IMG/VR virus record: IMGVR_UViG_3300036770_002724
Location: 1 to 64,000 of that record
DNA length: 64,000 nucleotides
Strand: one strand, 5' to 3'
Origin: a virus
Part shown: positions 31,438 to 41,700 of the stretch, piece by piece
Numbering within the stretch: the stretch's first letter is position 1
Layout: the number at the start of each line of letters is the position of its first letter
Translations under genes and position numbers: made by a program
The notes under the pieces: generated by a model
What the model saw: the letters and a program-made list of their open reading frames with translations, nothing else
Database searches by the model: none
Told to the model about the DNA's origin: nothing

Positions 31438-31901
31438 AGACCGAACTTCAGAGCCTGTTTTGTCAGCTTCGAGCCCTTAGCTGGACTCATCATGCCGCCC
31501 ATTGGCAGGCAAAGGGCACCGACGCTTACCAGGACCACCTCCTCTTTGAGCGGCTGTACAAGGACACCCTGGATGAGATCGACGGGTTCGCAGAGAAGCT
31601 CGTGGGGCTCTTGGGTGACGACACCGTGGATCCAGTGGTGATGATCGCAGGTACGCATCGTCATGTCGCTGCCGCCTGTGCGGTCAAGGGTCTCATGCCG
31701 AGGGCGCTTACTTCGGAGACCCTTTTCCTGTCCGCGATCAAGTCGGCGCTCGACTCCCTGGATTTGTCTCCGGGGATGCAGAACTTCTTGGAAGGCGTCG
31801 CGGACCTCCATGAGACGCACGTCTACCTGTTGAAGCAGCACTTCAAGGCCGGGGACACCGACTTGGTCCGGCAGTGGGGCTCGACCTTGGTGGGGGGATG
31901 A
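31434..31901 (+). CDS. Dps/ferritin-like protein
   Basis: HHAAHWQAKG...HLLFERLY...DEIDGFAEK ferroxidase-type pattern. Confidence 0.8.
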   Translation: MKTELQSLFCQLRALSWTHHAAHWQAKGTDAYQDHLLFERLYKDTLDEIDGFAEKLVGLLGDDTVDPVVMIAGTHRHVAAACAVKGLMPRALTSETLFLSAIKSALDSLDLSPGMQNFLEGVADLHETHVYLLKQHFKAGDTDLVRQWGSTLVGG

Positions 31902-31904
31902 TCC

Positions 31905-32453
31905 ATGATCCAGCGGGTTTTTGAGGATGACTTCAGGGCTCTCGTAGGGACGCTACCTTACGGGAGTGACCCTAGCCAGAACAGCCTGCCTTACGCTGTC
32001 CCCCCCAAGCTCCGGACGGCGATCACTTCCGGCAACGCTTTCGTTACCGGGGAGCCGGGGGTCGTGGGGGGTGTGACGGCAGGCTATTCCACCCAGGTGG
32101 GAACGATCACCGTCGTCAACAATAACTACACCTCCATTCCCCCTACTAGCCGTTGTGTTCTTACGGTCGGAGACTACCAGTTGACGATGGGCCTGGAGAT
32201 CAACCCTGGGAATCCGGCGACTCCTAGCGATGGGGCGACCGGGATCGCTAATGCGATCAACCGTCTCCCCGGGTTCGTTGCTGTCGCTGCGCTGGCCGTC
32301 GTGACCGTCGGGTACGTCAGCGACGTGAACGCGGTCATTCCGTTTTCCGTTCAGCATAACGGTACGGTAACGAACTTGGTTTTGACGCCGGGCGTCAGCG
32401 TCGGGGCTCTCGCTCGTGGAACCCCGGCGGTGGGCGCTCCGGTCATCCTCTGA
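31905..32453 (+). CDS. Virion structural protein with TxT..GxxA.xIAxAIN-type domain
   Basis: Val/Gly/Thr-rich; domain resembles inserts in 59923 and 61182. Confidence 0.65.
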   Translation: MIQRVFEDDFRALVGTLPYGSDPSQNSLPYAVPPKLRTAITSGNAFVTGEPGVVGGVTAGYSTQVGTITVVNNNYTSIPPTSRCVLTVGDYQLTMGLEINPGNPATPSDGATGIANAINRLPGFVAVAALAVVTVGYVSDVNAVIPFSVQHNGTVTNLVLTPGVSVGALARGTPAVGAPVIL

Positions 32454-32461
32454 GGTGGGTT

Positions 32462-33142
32462 ATGCCTAGAGCTTTTGTCAAGGACCGTCAGGAGCGTGCA
32501 GTCCTACTGAGCCGACTCCCGGAGGGGGCCACTCGGGTCAAGGTCGAGAACGAGATCGGCAAGACGTGTTACAAGGAAATCGACAACCTCGCTGACACGG
32601 ACAAGATTCTCACGAAAGACGATGGGACTCCCATCGTCATGTTCGCCTCTCCAGGTCGCAAGCGCCATGTGGTTTTGGAGCCGGTCAACTCGACTGTCAA
32701 AGAAATCCTGAAGCGTAAAGAGGCTTTCGTCCAGAAGGATCCCCTCTGCCAGATCACCCACCAGGATCCGGAGTCTCCGGACGTCCTCCAGCACGTCATG
32801 GTGGGGATCAGCGAGGAGGCAGCTTCCATCGCCTTTGAGCGTCAGGAGGCCGAACGGCAGGGCAAGGATACGGCCACGCTTTCTCAGCGGCGCATCCAAG
32901 CGATGAGGGCTGTGGGAGAGGCGTGGCTCAAGCGCAAGGAGCAGGTTTCCGCCCGGGGTATCGACCTGGACTCTCCGGCTTTCGAGTCCGTCTTCGCCTA
33001 CACGATGGAGACGTTCAAGGAAGCCATGACTTCCGCCAAGGCGCGTCCTGAGATGATCGAGACGGTCTTCGCCAAGTTCGCCCAGATGATCAACGACGAG
33101 TGGAAGGCCGAAGCGAAGACCCGGATGAAGAAGTTGGTGTAG
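32462..33142 (+). CDS. Probable terminase small subunit
   Basis: Helical protein immediately upstream of TerL; assignment is positional. Confidence 0.5.
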   Translation: MPRAFVKDRQERAVLLSRLPEGATRVKVENEIGKTCYKEIDNLADTDKILTKDDGTPIVMFASPGRKRHVVLEPVNSTVKEILKRKEAFVQKDPLCQITHQDPESPDVLQHVMVGISEEAASIAFERQEAERQGKDTATLSQRRIQAMRAVGEAWLKRKEQVSARGIDLDSPAFESVFAYTMETFKEAMTSAKARPEMIETVFAKFAQMINDEWKAEAKTRMKKLV

Positions 33143-33145
33143 CCT

Positions 33146-35014
33146 ATGGGCCTAGCCAATATCGCGATGGGCGTGGGGCGTACCAAGCCCTCGGGAAGCG
33201 CCCCCTCTTCCGTCGTAGACATCATCACCTTCGCGGAATCCGACTGGGGACTGGGGTGTAACCTCTTTCCGGCTCAGAGAGTCATCCTCAAAGCCTTCTA
33301 CGGGATCCCTCTCAACGATACAGACAAGACGGTCCCCGTTTCGGACTGGCGTCGGCAAAGCTGGGCGCACATGACGGAAGCGGACTACCTCCGCAAGCTC
33401 TTCGACGACGGGCGGTCCAGTATCCGCGAGGTCGTCCCGGGAGATGAACGCCACGAGCTAGTTCTGAGCATCGGGCGCCGTTCAGGGAAGACGTTGATGG
33501 CGTCGGTCATCGCGACCTACGAGACGTACAAGCTGCTGCTGAAGGGGTGTCCTCAGAAGTACTACGGGCTTCCGACGACCAACGAGATCGGTATCGCCAG
33601 CGTCGCGACGGACAAGAAACAGGCAGGTATCCTCTACACAAACGTCTCAGGCTACTTCGCGGATTGTTCCTTCTTCTCGCAGTACATGGCGAATAGCACC
33701 CTGAGCTTCGCCAAGCTACAGACCCCCTACGACATCGAACGCTACGGTCGATTCAATGAGGCAGAGACCACCCGGTCCTCTATCTTCGTGAGCTTTCACG
33801 CTTGTGTCGCCAAGGGTCTTCGTGGTCCCGGCAACATCGTCATCATCCTCGACGAGCTAGCTCACTTCGTCGATGAGGGGCAGTCCTCCGCCGAACTGGT
33901 GTACAACGCGATCACGCCCAGCAAGTCGGCGTTTTCGCCCAAAGACCCCAACAGCCCCCAAGTCCCGACCGGCCCCGTAGAGGGGCGGGTGATCAGCATC
34001 AGTTCTCCTCTGGGTCGTCAGGGTCAGTTCTATTCCCTGTTTGAGATCGCCATGCGGGGGAGCGAGGCGAGCAAGGACATGCTCGCGATCCAGGCTCCGA
34101 CCTGGGAAGTCAACCCGACGGTCCCGGCGACCGAGTTCGAGAAGCACTACCTCAAGAATCAGACGGTCTTTTTCACGGAGTACGGGGCAGAGTTCACCGA
34201 CCGGACCCGAGGGTGGATCGAGCGGGCCGAAGACCTGGAAGCCTGCATTGACCCCACGGCAAAGCAGGTAGATGCTGCTCCGGCACGTCGCCCCCACTTC
34301 ATCGGGATCGACTTGGGCATGGTGGAGGACGCCTCTGCCGTGGCTATCGGCCACATCGAGGAACGCGAGGGTGAGAAGGTCATCATCGTGGATCTCGTGG
34401 ACCAGATCAAGGCTGGGGATGGCCGTTTCGCCAACGTCGAACGGCTAGATTTTGATGACATCGCGGACTGGATCCACCAGCTTTCCAAGCGGTTCTATCT
34501 GGCCGGTGGGGTGTTCGACCAGTGGGCGGGAATCCCGTTCGAGCAAGCTCTGGCAAAGCGGGGGCTTCGTCAACTGGTCTCGGAGCACATGACCAAGAAT
34601 CTGGTAAGCTCCATCTACCAGAACTTCAAGGACATGATGTTCGACCGTCGACTGGTCCTGTACGACGCCCCCATTCCTCCGGGCAAAAACCACTGCGATT
34701 ACATCCAGGAGCTTTTGGAGCTACAGGCACAGTCCGTCTCGAAGTACATCACGGTCGTCGAGGCTCCTAACATCGAGGGTAAGCACGATGACCGTTCGGA
34801 CGCCCTCGTCCGTATGGTCTGGCTCGCTAGCCAGAACATCACCAAACCCAAGTACATATCCAGGGGTGACGGGGCGACCTTGTCGCAGAGGACCGCAGCT
34901 ACGGCGAACATCCGGGAGGTCGCTAAAGCGGCTCTAGGTGCCCGTAAGATGGGGTCGCACCCTTCCCGGCAAGTTTCCCCTCTAGGCAGGGGTCGGGTTC
35001 TCGGTCGGAGGTGA
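33146..35014 (+). CDS. terL: Terminase large subunit
   Basis: GRRSGKT Walker A, IILDE Walker B, ISSP motif III, IGIDLG and HDDRSDA nuclease motifs. Confidence 0.93.
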   Translation: MGLANIAMGVGRTKPSGSAPSSVVDIITFAESDWGLGCNLFPAQRVILKAFYGIPLNDTDKTVPVSDWRRQSWAHMTEADYLRKLFDDGRSSIREVVPGDERHELVLSIGRRSGKTLMASVIATYETYKLLLKGCPQKYYGLPTTNEIGIASVATDKKQAGILYTNVSGYFADCSFFSQYMANSTLSFAKLQTPYDIERYGRFNEAETTRSSIFVSFHACVAKGLRGPGNIVIILDELAHFVDEGQSSAELVYNAITPSKSAFSPKDPNSPQVPTGPVEGRVISISSPLGRQGQFYSLFEIAMRGSEASKDMLAIQAPTWEVNPTVPATEFEKHYLKNQTVFFTEYGAEFTDRTRGWIERAEDLEACIDPTAKQVDAAPARRPHFIGIDLGMVEDASAVAIGHIEEREGEKVIIVDLVDQIKAGDGRFANVERLDFDDIADWIHQLSKRFYLAGGVFDQWAGIPFEQALAKRGLRQLVSEHMTKNLVSSIYQNFKDMMFDRRLVLYDAPIPPGKNHCDYIQELLELQAQSVSKYITVVEAPNIEGKHDDRSDALVRMVWLASQNITKPKYISRGDGATLSQRTAATANIREVAKAALGARKMGSHPSRQVSPLGRGRVLGRR

Positions 35015-35018
35015 TGTC

Positions 35019-35282
35019 ATGCCAAGCCTTTCGGTTACCAGTCCCGTTCGGGCCGACCATCGCTTTTTGAAGAAAGTCGTCTCCGTCATCCTTGGGGGTA
35101 AGGTAGAGAGTCGACCGAGCGAGTTCTCGATGATCTCCCGGGCTTTCGTTCAGGTAGGTGGTTCGTGGGAACGTATCTTCAAGGGCTCCCCCCAAGACGT
35201 GCATCTGCTCAAACGGATCGTCCGAAGAGCCTACAAGCTCGGATTGTTGACGAAGATAGAGCCGTGGGGGGCTCGTGACTAG
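35019..35282 (+). CDS. Small hypothetical protein
   Basis: GGAGGTG SD; packed between terL and portal. Confidence 0.65.
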   Translation: MPSLSVTSPVRADHRFLKKVVSVILGGKVESRPSEFSMISRAFVQVGGSWERIFKGSPQDVHLLKRIVRRAYKLGLLTKIEPWGARD

Positions 35283-35676
35283 GTCAAGGGTACGTCGCCG
35301 TGCTCAGGAAGATTTCGGTCGGGAGATGCAGCAGCACATTTCCCGGTCCCTTCGGCATTTGATCCAAGCCCAAGAGATATGTCAGCGGATTGCACGGGAT
35401 GCGGATCCCATGAACCGCATTGAGGTTCGACGTGCAAGGGTCGCGAATCAGACGTTGAGCAGGGTGCGCTCGCTCATCGAACAGATTGGACCCTTGTCTC
35501 CGGGCTACGATAAGAGTGACCCCGACCTGACGCCCGAGACTACGAAGCGTCCGAGGCAGTCGGAAAAGCAAGCGTCACAACAGTCCGCAAAGCCGGTCAA
35601 GCGGGTGTTGTCATTCCAAGACCGGGTCCGGCAAGCCTTGGAGAAGATGAGGGAACAGGATGGCTCGGAACAATAA
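35275..35676 (+). CDS. Small basic hypothetical protein
   Basis: Overlaps both neighbours by a few nt. Confidence 0.6.
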   Translation: MTRSRVRRRAQEDFGREMQQHISRSLRHLIQAQEICQRIARDADPMNRIEVRRARVANQTLSRVRSLIEQIGPLSPGYDKSDPDLTPETTKRPRQSEKQASQQSAKPVKRVLSFQDRVRQALEKMREQDGSEQ

Positions 35677-37351
35677 TCCCGCTGATACGGTGAAGGTGGC
35701 GGAGATCCCCCCTCGTCCTAACGTCAAGGTAGGGAAGCCGGGTCAGGTCGTCACTACCGCCATGCGGATGAAGACGGCCTTTCCGACGGTCGGAGGCACC
35801 ACCCTGGGTTCTGGCGGCAACTTCTACTCGCCGGAGCTTTCGACCGACTTCCTTGAGCTTCCGCAGACCACCGACGAGCAGAGGAACTACTACAGGTTCT
35901 TCTATGACCACGACGAGTTCATCGGGCAGGCCATCGACCTGACCGCTGAACTTCCGTTGTCCAAGATCCGACTTCGGATGCCCGAGGCCAAGAACCGAGA
36001 GATCGCTGAACAGGCGATGCGGTTCTGTCAGCGGTGGTCCCGGAAAATCGGGCTCCTTCATCGGCTGATCTCCATCGTCCACGACTACTTTCTGGTCGGG
36101 GAAGCCTTCGTCTTTTGCGAGGACACCTCGCCAGATATGCCTCCCGACGTCCGGTCCTACGCAATCCGGGAGGTCAAGGAAGACGGCTCGACCGAAGAGA
36201 AGTGGCTCGACTACCCCGATGCAAACGAGCGTGCGGTTGCTTGGCTGAAAAAGAACTACCAGGGCTGGACGGCGGTTCGCGTCCTTCCACCTGAGCAGAT
36301 CCACATGGAGAGCTTCCCGTTCACGAACGAGAAGCTCATCGAACTGGTGGTGGACAGCAAGACCAAGGCTATCGTCCAGAAGGCGCAGCAGGGGGATCTT
36401 CGAGCGCAGCAGATCGTGGACTCCATGCCCCAGGAGATCGTCGAGGCTGTAATCAGCGGTCAGAACCTGCCCCTCAACACCGACCCCGATGCCGGGAGCT
36501 TCTGCTTTCATCTCGCCCGCAAGAAGTCTGACTACGAGCCCCGGGGAAAGAGCGTTCTACAGCGATGCCTTCGGACCCTGGTCTTTCGGGATAAGGTCCG
36601 TCAGGCTCTCACCAGCATCGCTTCCCGGCACATGACCCCGTTCCGGCTCATCTACGCGGAGGACATGGACGCCGAGCAGACCGAAGACCTCCGTGCCCAG
36701 GTTGACCTCGCCCTTCAGGATCCCGACTACTCCATCATCACCAACTTCCAAGTGAACTGGGAAGAGATGGGGGCCGACCAGCGTCTCCCGAACTGGGATT
36801 GGGTCTACGAGCAGACGAACAAGCAGCTTTACGCGGGCCTCGGTATGACAGAAAGCCTCCTCTCCGGCGAGAGCAGCTACTCAGGCGACCGGATTCACCT
36901 GGAGGTCATCAACACGCGGTTCATGCTTCTCCGCGAAGCTCTCCAAGACCTCGTCGAAGACTTCATGTTCAAGCCCATGTGCGCTCGCATGGGCTTCGTC
37001 GAGGAAGATGAGGACGGCAACCTCGAAGTGGTTTTCCCTCGACTGTCGTTCACCCGTCTGGCGCTTCGGGACAACCAGGAGACGTTCGACGCCCTGTTCA
37101 ACCTGTACCAGAAGGGCTCTCTGGACGTGGAGGTCATCCTCGACCTCCTGAACATCGACCCGCTGACGACCAAAGAAAAACTGGAAAAGGACATGCTCAC
37201 GCCGAATGACGCCCTTTTCAACGAGATCCTGCGGTCGGCGTACAGCGGGGTTGGAAACGCCCTTCCGGAGCAGACGGACATCATCGAACGGGCGGCGAAG
37301 GTCATGGGCCTGAAATACAAGCCCCCGGCTGAAGGCGGAGATCGTTTCTAG
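35660..37351 (+). CDS. Portal protein
   Basis: 563 aa, helical, follows TerL and precedes the protease/scaffold/MCP genes. Confidence 0.75.
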   Translation: MARNNNPADTVKVAEIPPRPNVKVGKPGQVVTTAMRMKTAFPTVGGTTLGSGGNFYSPELSTDFLELPQTTDEQRNYYRFFYDHDEFIGQAIDLTAELPLSKIRLRMPEAKNREIAEQAMRFCQRWSRKIGLLHRLISIVHDYFLVGEAFVFCEDTSPDMPPDVRSYAIREVKEDGSTEEKWLDYPDANERAVAWLKKNYQGWTAVRVLPPEQIHMESFPFTNEKLIELVVDSKTKAIVQKAQQGDLRAQQIVDSMPQEIVEAVISGQNLPLNTDPDAGSFCFHLARKKSDYEPRGKSVLQRCLRTLVFRDKVRQALTSIASRHMTPFRLIYAEDMDAEQTEDLRAQVDLALQDPDYSIITNFQVNWEEMGADQRLPNWDWVYEQTNKQLYAGLGMTESLLSGESSYSGDRIHLEVINTRFMLLREALQDLVEDFMFKPMCARMGFVEEDEDGNLEVVFPRLSFTRLALRDNQETFDALFNLYQKGSLDVEVILDLLNIDPLTTKEKLEKDMLTPNDALFNEILRSAYSGVGNALPEQTDIIERAAKVMGLKYKPPAEGGDRF

Positions 37352-37382
37352 CTCTATCAGGCTCCCCTAGTCAGAGGAGCCT

Positions 37383-38717
37383 ATGCACCCCAAAGCCTCA
37401 GTCGCCTTGATGAAGTTCCTATCCGGTGCTGCTCGACGGCTCGGAGTAGGCGATCACGCTTATGTCGTAGGGGGTGCCGTCCGGAACTACGTCCTCGGGG
37501 TTCCGATCAAGGACGTCGATCTGGTCATCGATCCCACCGTTCAGCCCGGTAAGGACTCGGCCTGGTTCGCGAAGCAGCTACAGAAGCTCATCCCCGCCCC
37601 GACCAGTCTCGTGACCAACAACTACGGGGTCGCCATCCTGTCGGTGAACGGCCCTTGGGTTCTTGGCGGTCACGACCTGGACGGGGAGAAGATCGAGATC
37701 GCAAATGCCCGCAGCGAGTCCTACGCTGAAGGGGGCTACAAGCCCGATCAAGTCGTTCCGGCCACGATCCAAGAAGACGTTTACCGCAGGGAGTTCACCT
37801 TCAACACCTTGCTGTGGCGGCTAAAGGATCTCGCGCAAGGGCCGGACAAGGCAGAGATCATTGACCTCACGGGTTGCGGGCTTCGCGACCTTGAGCGAGG
37901 GGTCATGGCTTGTCCCCGCGATCCCGATGAGGTGTTCGCGGATGACCCGAGCCGGATGATCCGGGCGGTCAAGTTTACCATCAAGTACGGGTTCAAGATC
38001 CCCCCGGACCTAGAAGCCTCGATTCGACGGAACGCTTCTCGACTTCGCCAGATTCCTCCCGGGCACATCACCAACATGCTCATCGAGACTTTCTTGCGGG
38101 ATCCGTCCGGCAAGAAGGCTCTGATGGAGATGGACCGTCTCGGGCTTCTCGCGGTCATCCGAGAGATCGCTCAGGATAACAAGTCTTTCCGACAGAGTCT
38201 CGCCAACTGGGCGGAGTCTGAGGCGAGCGTAGCCTTCCTCTTCGACCTGATGGATCTCGGTATGCCCGTGGGAAAGAAACTGACCTTCCTGTCCCCAGAG
38301 GATGTCTCCAGGGTTCGCGAGGTCACCTTCGACATGACTCCCGCGAAGGGTGAAGCCTACGTCTCCGTCCTCAAGCAGCCGGGTCGGGTTCTGGACTTCC
38401 CCTCGCTCATTCAGGAGTTCGATCTGAAGGGGCCGGGGGTTGGTGTTCTTACAGACGTTGCCCGCCGGTCCTTGCTCGAAGATCCTGACCTGATTGACGA
38501 CTCTCGGCGCTTCTCTGACCAAGTGCGTCAGAGACTCATGTCCAAGAGGGTTGCTTCGCGCGTTCTGGCTTCGGTTCGTCGTCCCTCGGTCGAGGAGAGC
38601 GATAGCCCCCGCGAGTACCTCGGCTCCCCGCTCTCGACACGCCCTGATTACGGGCGAGGTTCCTCTAGCCGGGTCGCTAGCCGGGTCGCTAGTCGATGGC
38701 TCGCGAGTAGGCGTTGA
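37383..38717 (+). CDS. CCA-adding enzyme / poly(A) polymerase family nucleotidyltransferase with basic RVASR tail
   Basis: VGGAVRN..KDVDL, ARSESY, EDVYRREFTFN, DDPSRMIRAVKF. Confidence 0.9.
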   Translation: MHPKASVALMKFLSGAARRLGVGDHAYVVGGAVRNYVLGVPIKDVDLVIDPTVQPGKDSAWFAKQLQKLIPAPTSLVTNNYGVAILSVNGPWVLGGHDLDGEKIEIANARSESYAEGGYKPDQVVPATIQEDVYRREFTFNTLLWRLKDLAQGPDKAEIIDLTGCGLRDLERGVMACPRDPDEVFADDPSRMIRAVKFTIKYGFKIPPDLEASIRRNASRLRQIPPGHITNMLIETFLRDPSGKKALMEMDRLGLLAVIREIAQDNKSFRQSLANWAESEASVAFLFDLMDLGMPVGKKLTFLSPEDVSRVREVTFDMTPAKGEAYVSVLKQPGRVLDFPSLIQEFDLKGPGVGVLTDVARRSLLEDPDLIDDSRRFSDQVRQRLMSKRVASRVLASVRRPSVEESDSPREYLGSPLSTRPDYGRGSSSRVASRVASRWLASRR

Positions 38718-38733
38718 GTATTCGAGGCGTGTC

Positions 38734-41700
38734 ATGTCTATCTGGTTGGAAGCCGCTCTGGACGAACTTCACGGACCCCTTTCCGACTGGGTTCACTATG
38801 GTCGTTCCGGTTCCAAGCGAGAACTGTTTGAGGCATACGACGGGCTTGCGCCTCAAGCGAAGATGGCTCTGGCAGGCGCGGTGAGAAAAGCGTTCGGAGG
38901 CTCCTCCAAGGCTATCATGTACCGACGGCTGAAATCCTCCGGAGAGGCTAGCCGGATGGGAGGGATGTCTCTCACAACAGCCCTTCCTGGCTACGTCGAG
39001 GCGGAGGCGTTCGAGGTTGAAGCCGATGACGTCCTCGTCCATCACGGTGTCCCCGGAACCCCGCTTAGTAGCAAAGCCTTCGGGCACGAGAAAGAGGTCA
39101 TCTTGAAGCCGACGGCGAACCCGAAGAGTCTAGGCCCGGTTCCGGCTAACAGGACTGCGGCCCGCTACAAGGATAAGAAGCAAGTCCCGAAGGCTGATGG
39201 GAAGGGAAAGACGACGGTCTACGAGTACAGCGACCGTCAGGTCGCCCTCCGAAATCGAGAGAAGGCCAAGCAGGTCGAGAAGATCCGAAGGTCCATCGGG
39301 GATCTGAGGGAGCAAGTCCGGAAAGACCTCAAGTCGAAAGACGAGCACACCCGGAACGTCGCCCTAGCTGTAGGTCTCCTGGACAAAACTTACGAGCGCG
39401 TCGGGAATGAGGATTCGGCCAAAGACGGTCACGTCGGGGTCACCGGCTGGAAGGTGAAGCACCTCACGGTTGGCAAGGACAAGATCACGATCAAGTACGT
39501 CGGCAAGTCGGGGGTCAAGCACGAGAAGGTCGTCGACAACGCTGCCTCGGTTGCCGCGATCAAGAAGGCTATCGAAGGTAAGAAGGATGACGACCTCATC
39601 TGCGGGTGCTCTGCCGAGGACGTGAACGAATACTTGGAACCCTTCGACATCACCGCTAAAGACCTTCGGGGCTACCACGCCAACACCGAGATGCAGACCC
39701 GGCTGAAGCGGATTCGATCCGAGAACGGGGCGCTCCCCAAGAATCGGGAAGAGCGGAAGGAAACGCTCAAGGAGGAGTTCGATCAAGCCCTGGAGGAGAC
39801 GGCGGAGGCGGTCGGTCACGAACCCTCGACCTTGCGTTCCCAGTACCTCGTCCCCGGACTCGAAGACGAGTTTATGAAGGACGGTGAGGTGAGCCAGACG
39901 CTCGACAAGCGGGGCTCATCCGTGAAGGTCGCTCTACGCGAAGGCTCCGGTCTGTCGCGGATCGCGGGAAGGATTCGGACGGTCCCTACCCCAGATTCCC
40001 TTGTACCTTCGTCTGTTCGCTCTTTTTTCAACCGGAATCAAGCGGTATTTGATCGGTATCCCGACTTGTGGCTGAAGGGCGGGGCGGCGCGCGGGACTTT
40101 TGTTTCTTGGGCGTTTCTCAAGCTATTCGGAGCTAGGGCGGAGCCCAAAGAGGCTAGGGACTTCGATTTCGTCACTTTCAGTCAAGAGGGTCCTTGGGAA
40201 GTCGAGGGTGAATCCGTCGAATTCGCATCCTCCGTTTCGGCTTACATGGGGTCGAGAGACTTCGGGGTGAACGAGGTTCTCCTTCGTCCGGACAGGATGG
40301 TTTTTTCGGACAAGGCTTGGAGGGATGTTCTCCGGCTTGAGATTTCCCCTCGTTCTGTCATCGAAGAAGACCGCTACGGGCGGACGGGGCTTCGCGCGCT
40401 CTTGTTCGTTCTGGAGCTAGGATTTAGCCCAGGGAAGTTCATCGCGGAAGAGATCAAGAAGGCGGATACTTGGAATCTTCTTCTCCATCTATTCAAAGCA
40501 TACGAGAAGGGGATAGAGGACGATTACTTCCTCTACATCAAGAAGTCTGGGGGGGTGCTAACGGAACGGATAGCTACGGTAGACGACTGGCTGATCGAGC
40601 TAGTTGGAGCAACCCCGCATTTTTCGTTGCGGCCTTACCATAAGGCTATCTTGGATAAGGCTAAAGAAATGTCGAATCTCGGGAAAGACCCGTTCGATTC
40701 GATACCCCGGTCGGCTTCCGAGTCTCTTCTTCAACATTGGTTCGCCTCCTCTTTTGACCGGGTCGCCACGAAGACCGAGGGGGAGAAGGAAAACGAAGAG
40801 GTCGAGCGGCTGGTCAAGCCAGCCCCCAAGACCAAGCCCCCGCGTCAAGACCTTCGCCGCAATCGGATGAAGGTTGAGGACGAGGACGTTGAGCGTCCAA
40901 GTGCGGAGTCGGATCGGGATCTCTCCCTGAACTACAAGAAGGTCGCCGCCGAATTGACCGCTCGTTGGTACGGGGTCATCCCGCCTCGCCCCAAGCCTCC
41001 GAAGCCGCCCCCTCTACCGCCGAGGGATCCGATCCCCGGATGGAACCCTGTTACCCTTGATCTTGCCCAGAAAAAGTCCCGCAAGCCGGGCGACGTGTGG
41101 CGATCCAAGACCCCGGGTCGTTGGCTCGCGATGAATTCGGAGGAGACTGTACATTCCTTTGAGGACAGATCGAAGGCAGAGTCTTTCTCCCAGAACGGGA
41201 AAAGGGCATCGAACGCGGAGTGGTTGGCTCTACGGTTCGCAGATGCCCCCTTGAATCCTACGGACCACAGACCCGGTGACGTTTGGGAATCTGAACGTAC
41301 TCCTGGTCGCTGGTTAGGGAAGAACCCCGAAGGTGTGTCGAAGTCTTTTGACACGAAGGAAGAGGCTCAATCCTTCGCGAAATCCGAAGCGACCTCAGAG
41401 TCCGAAGCCCCAGAAGACGGTGACCTTCAGACCAAGGATACGACTCCCCAAGAGCCGCCGCCGCCGCCGAGCCCAGAGGAGTCGATCTCTCAGATGGTGA
41501 AATCCCTCTCAAACCTAGAGGACGAGCAGATCCAATCGACTCTCGAAAGTTTCTCAGACGCGGAACGCGCCAAGATTGCAGAGACCTTTGCCCAAGAGAG
41601 CGAGACGCTTCGACGTGCGTTTGAGGATGGTACGCTCCTCGGCTCCGACAAGGATCTCAAAGAGGTCTCGGAGGCGTTTGAGAACCCTTCCTCTTCTGTG

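Noticed and set aside
38494-38733. 5' extension of the polyprotein ORF in the ORF track
   Set aside because: It overlaps the CCA-enzyme gene by over 200 nt; ATG 38734 with GAGG just after that gene's stop is the more plausible start
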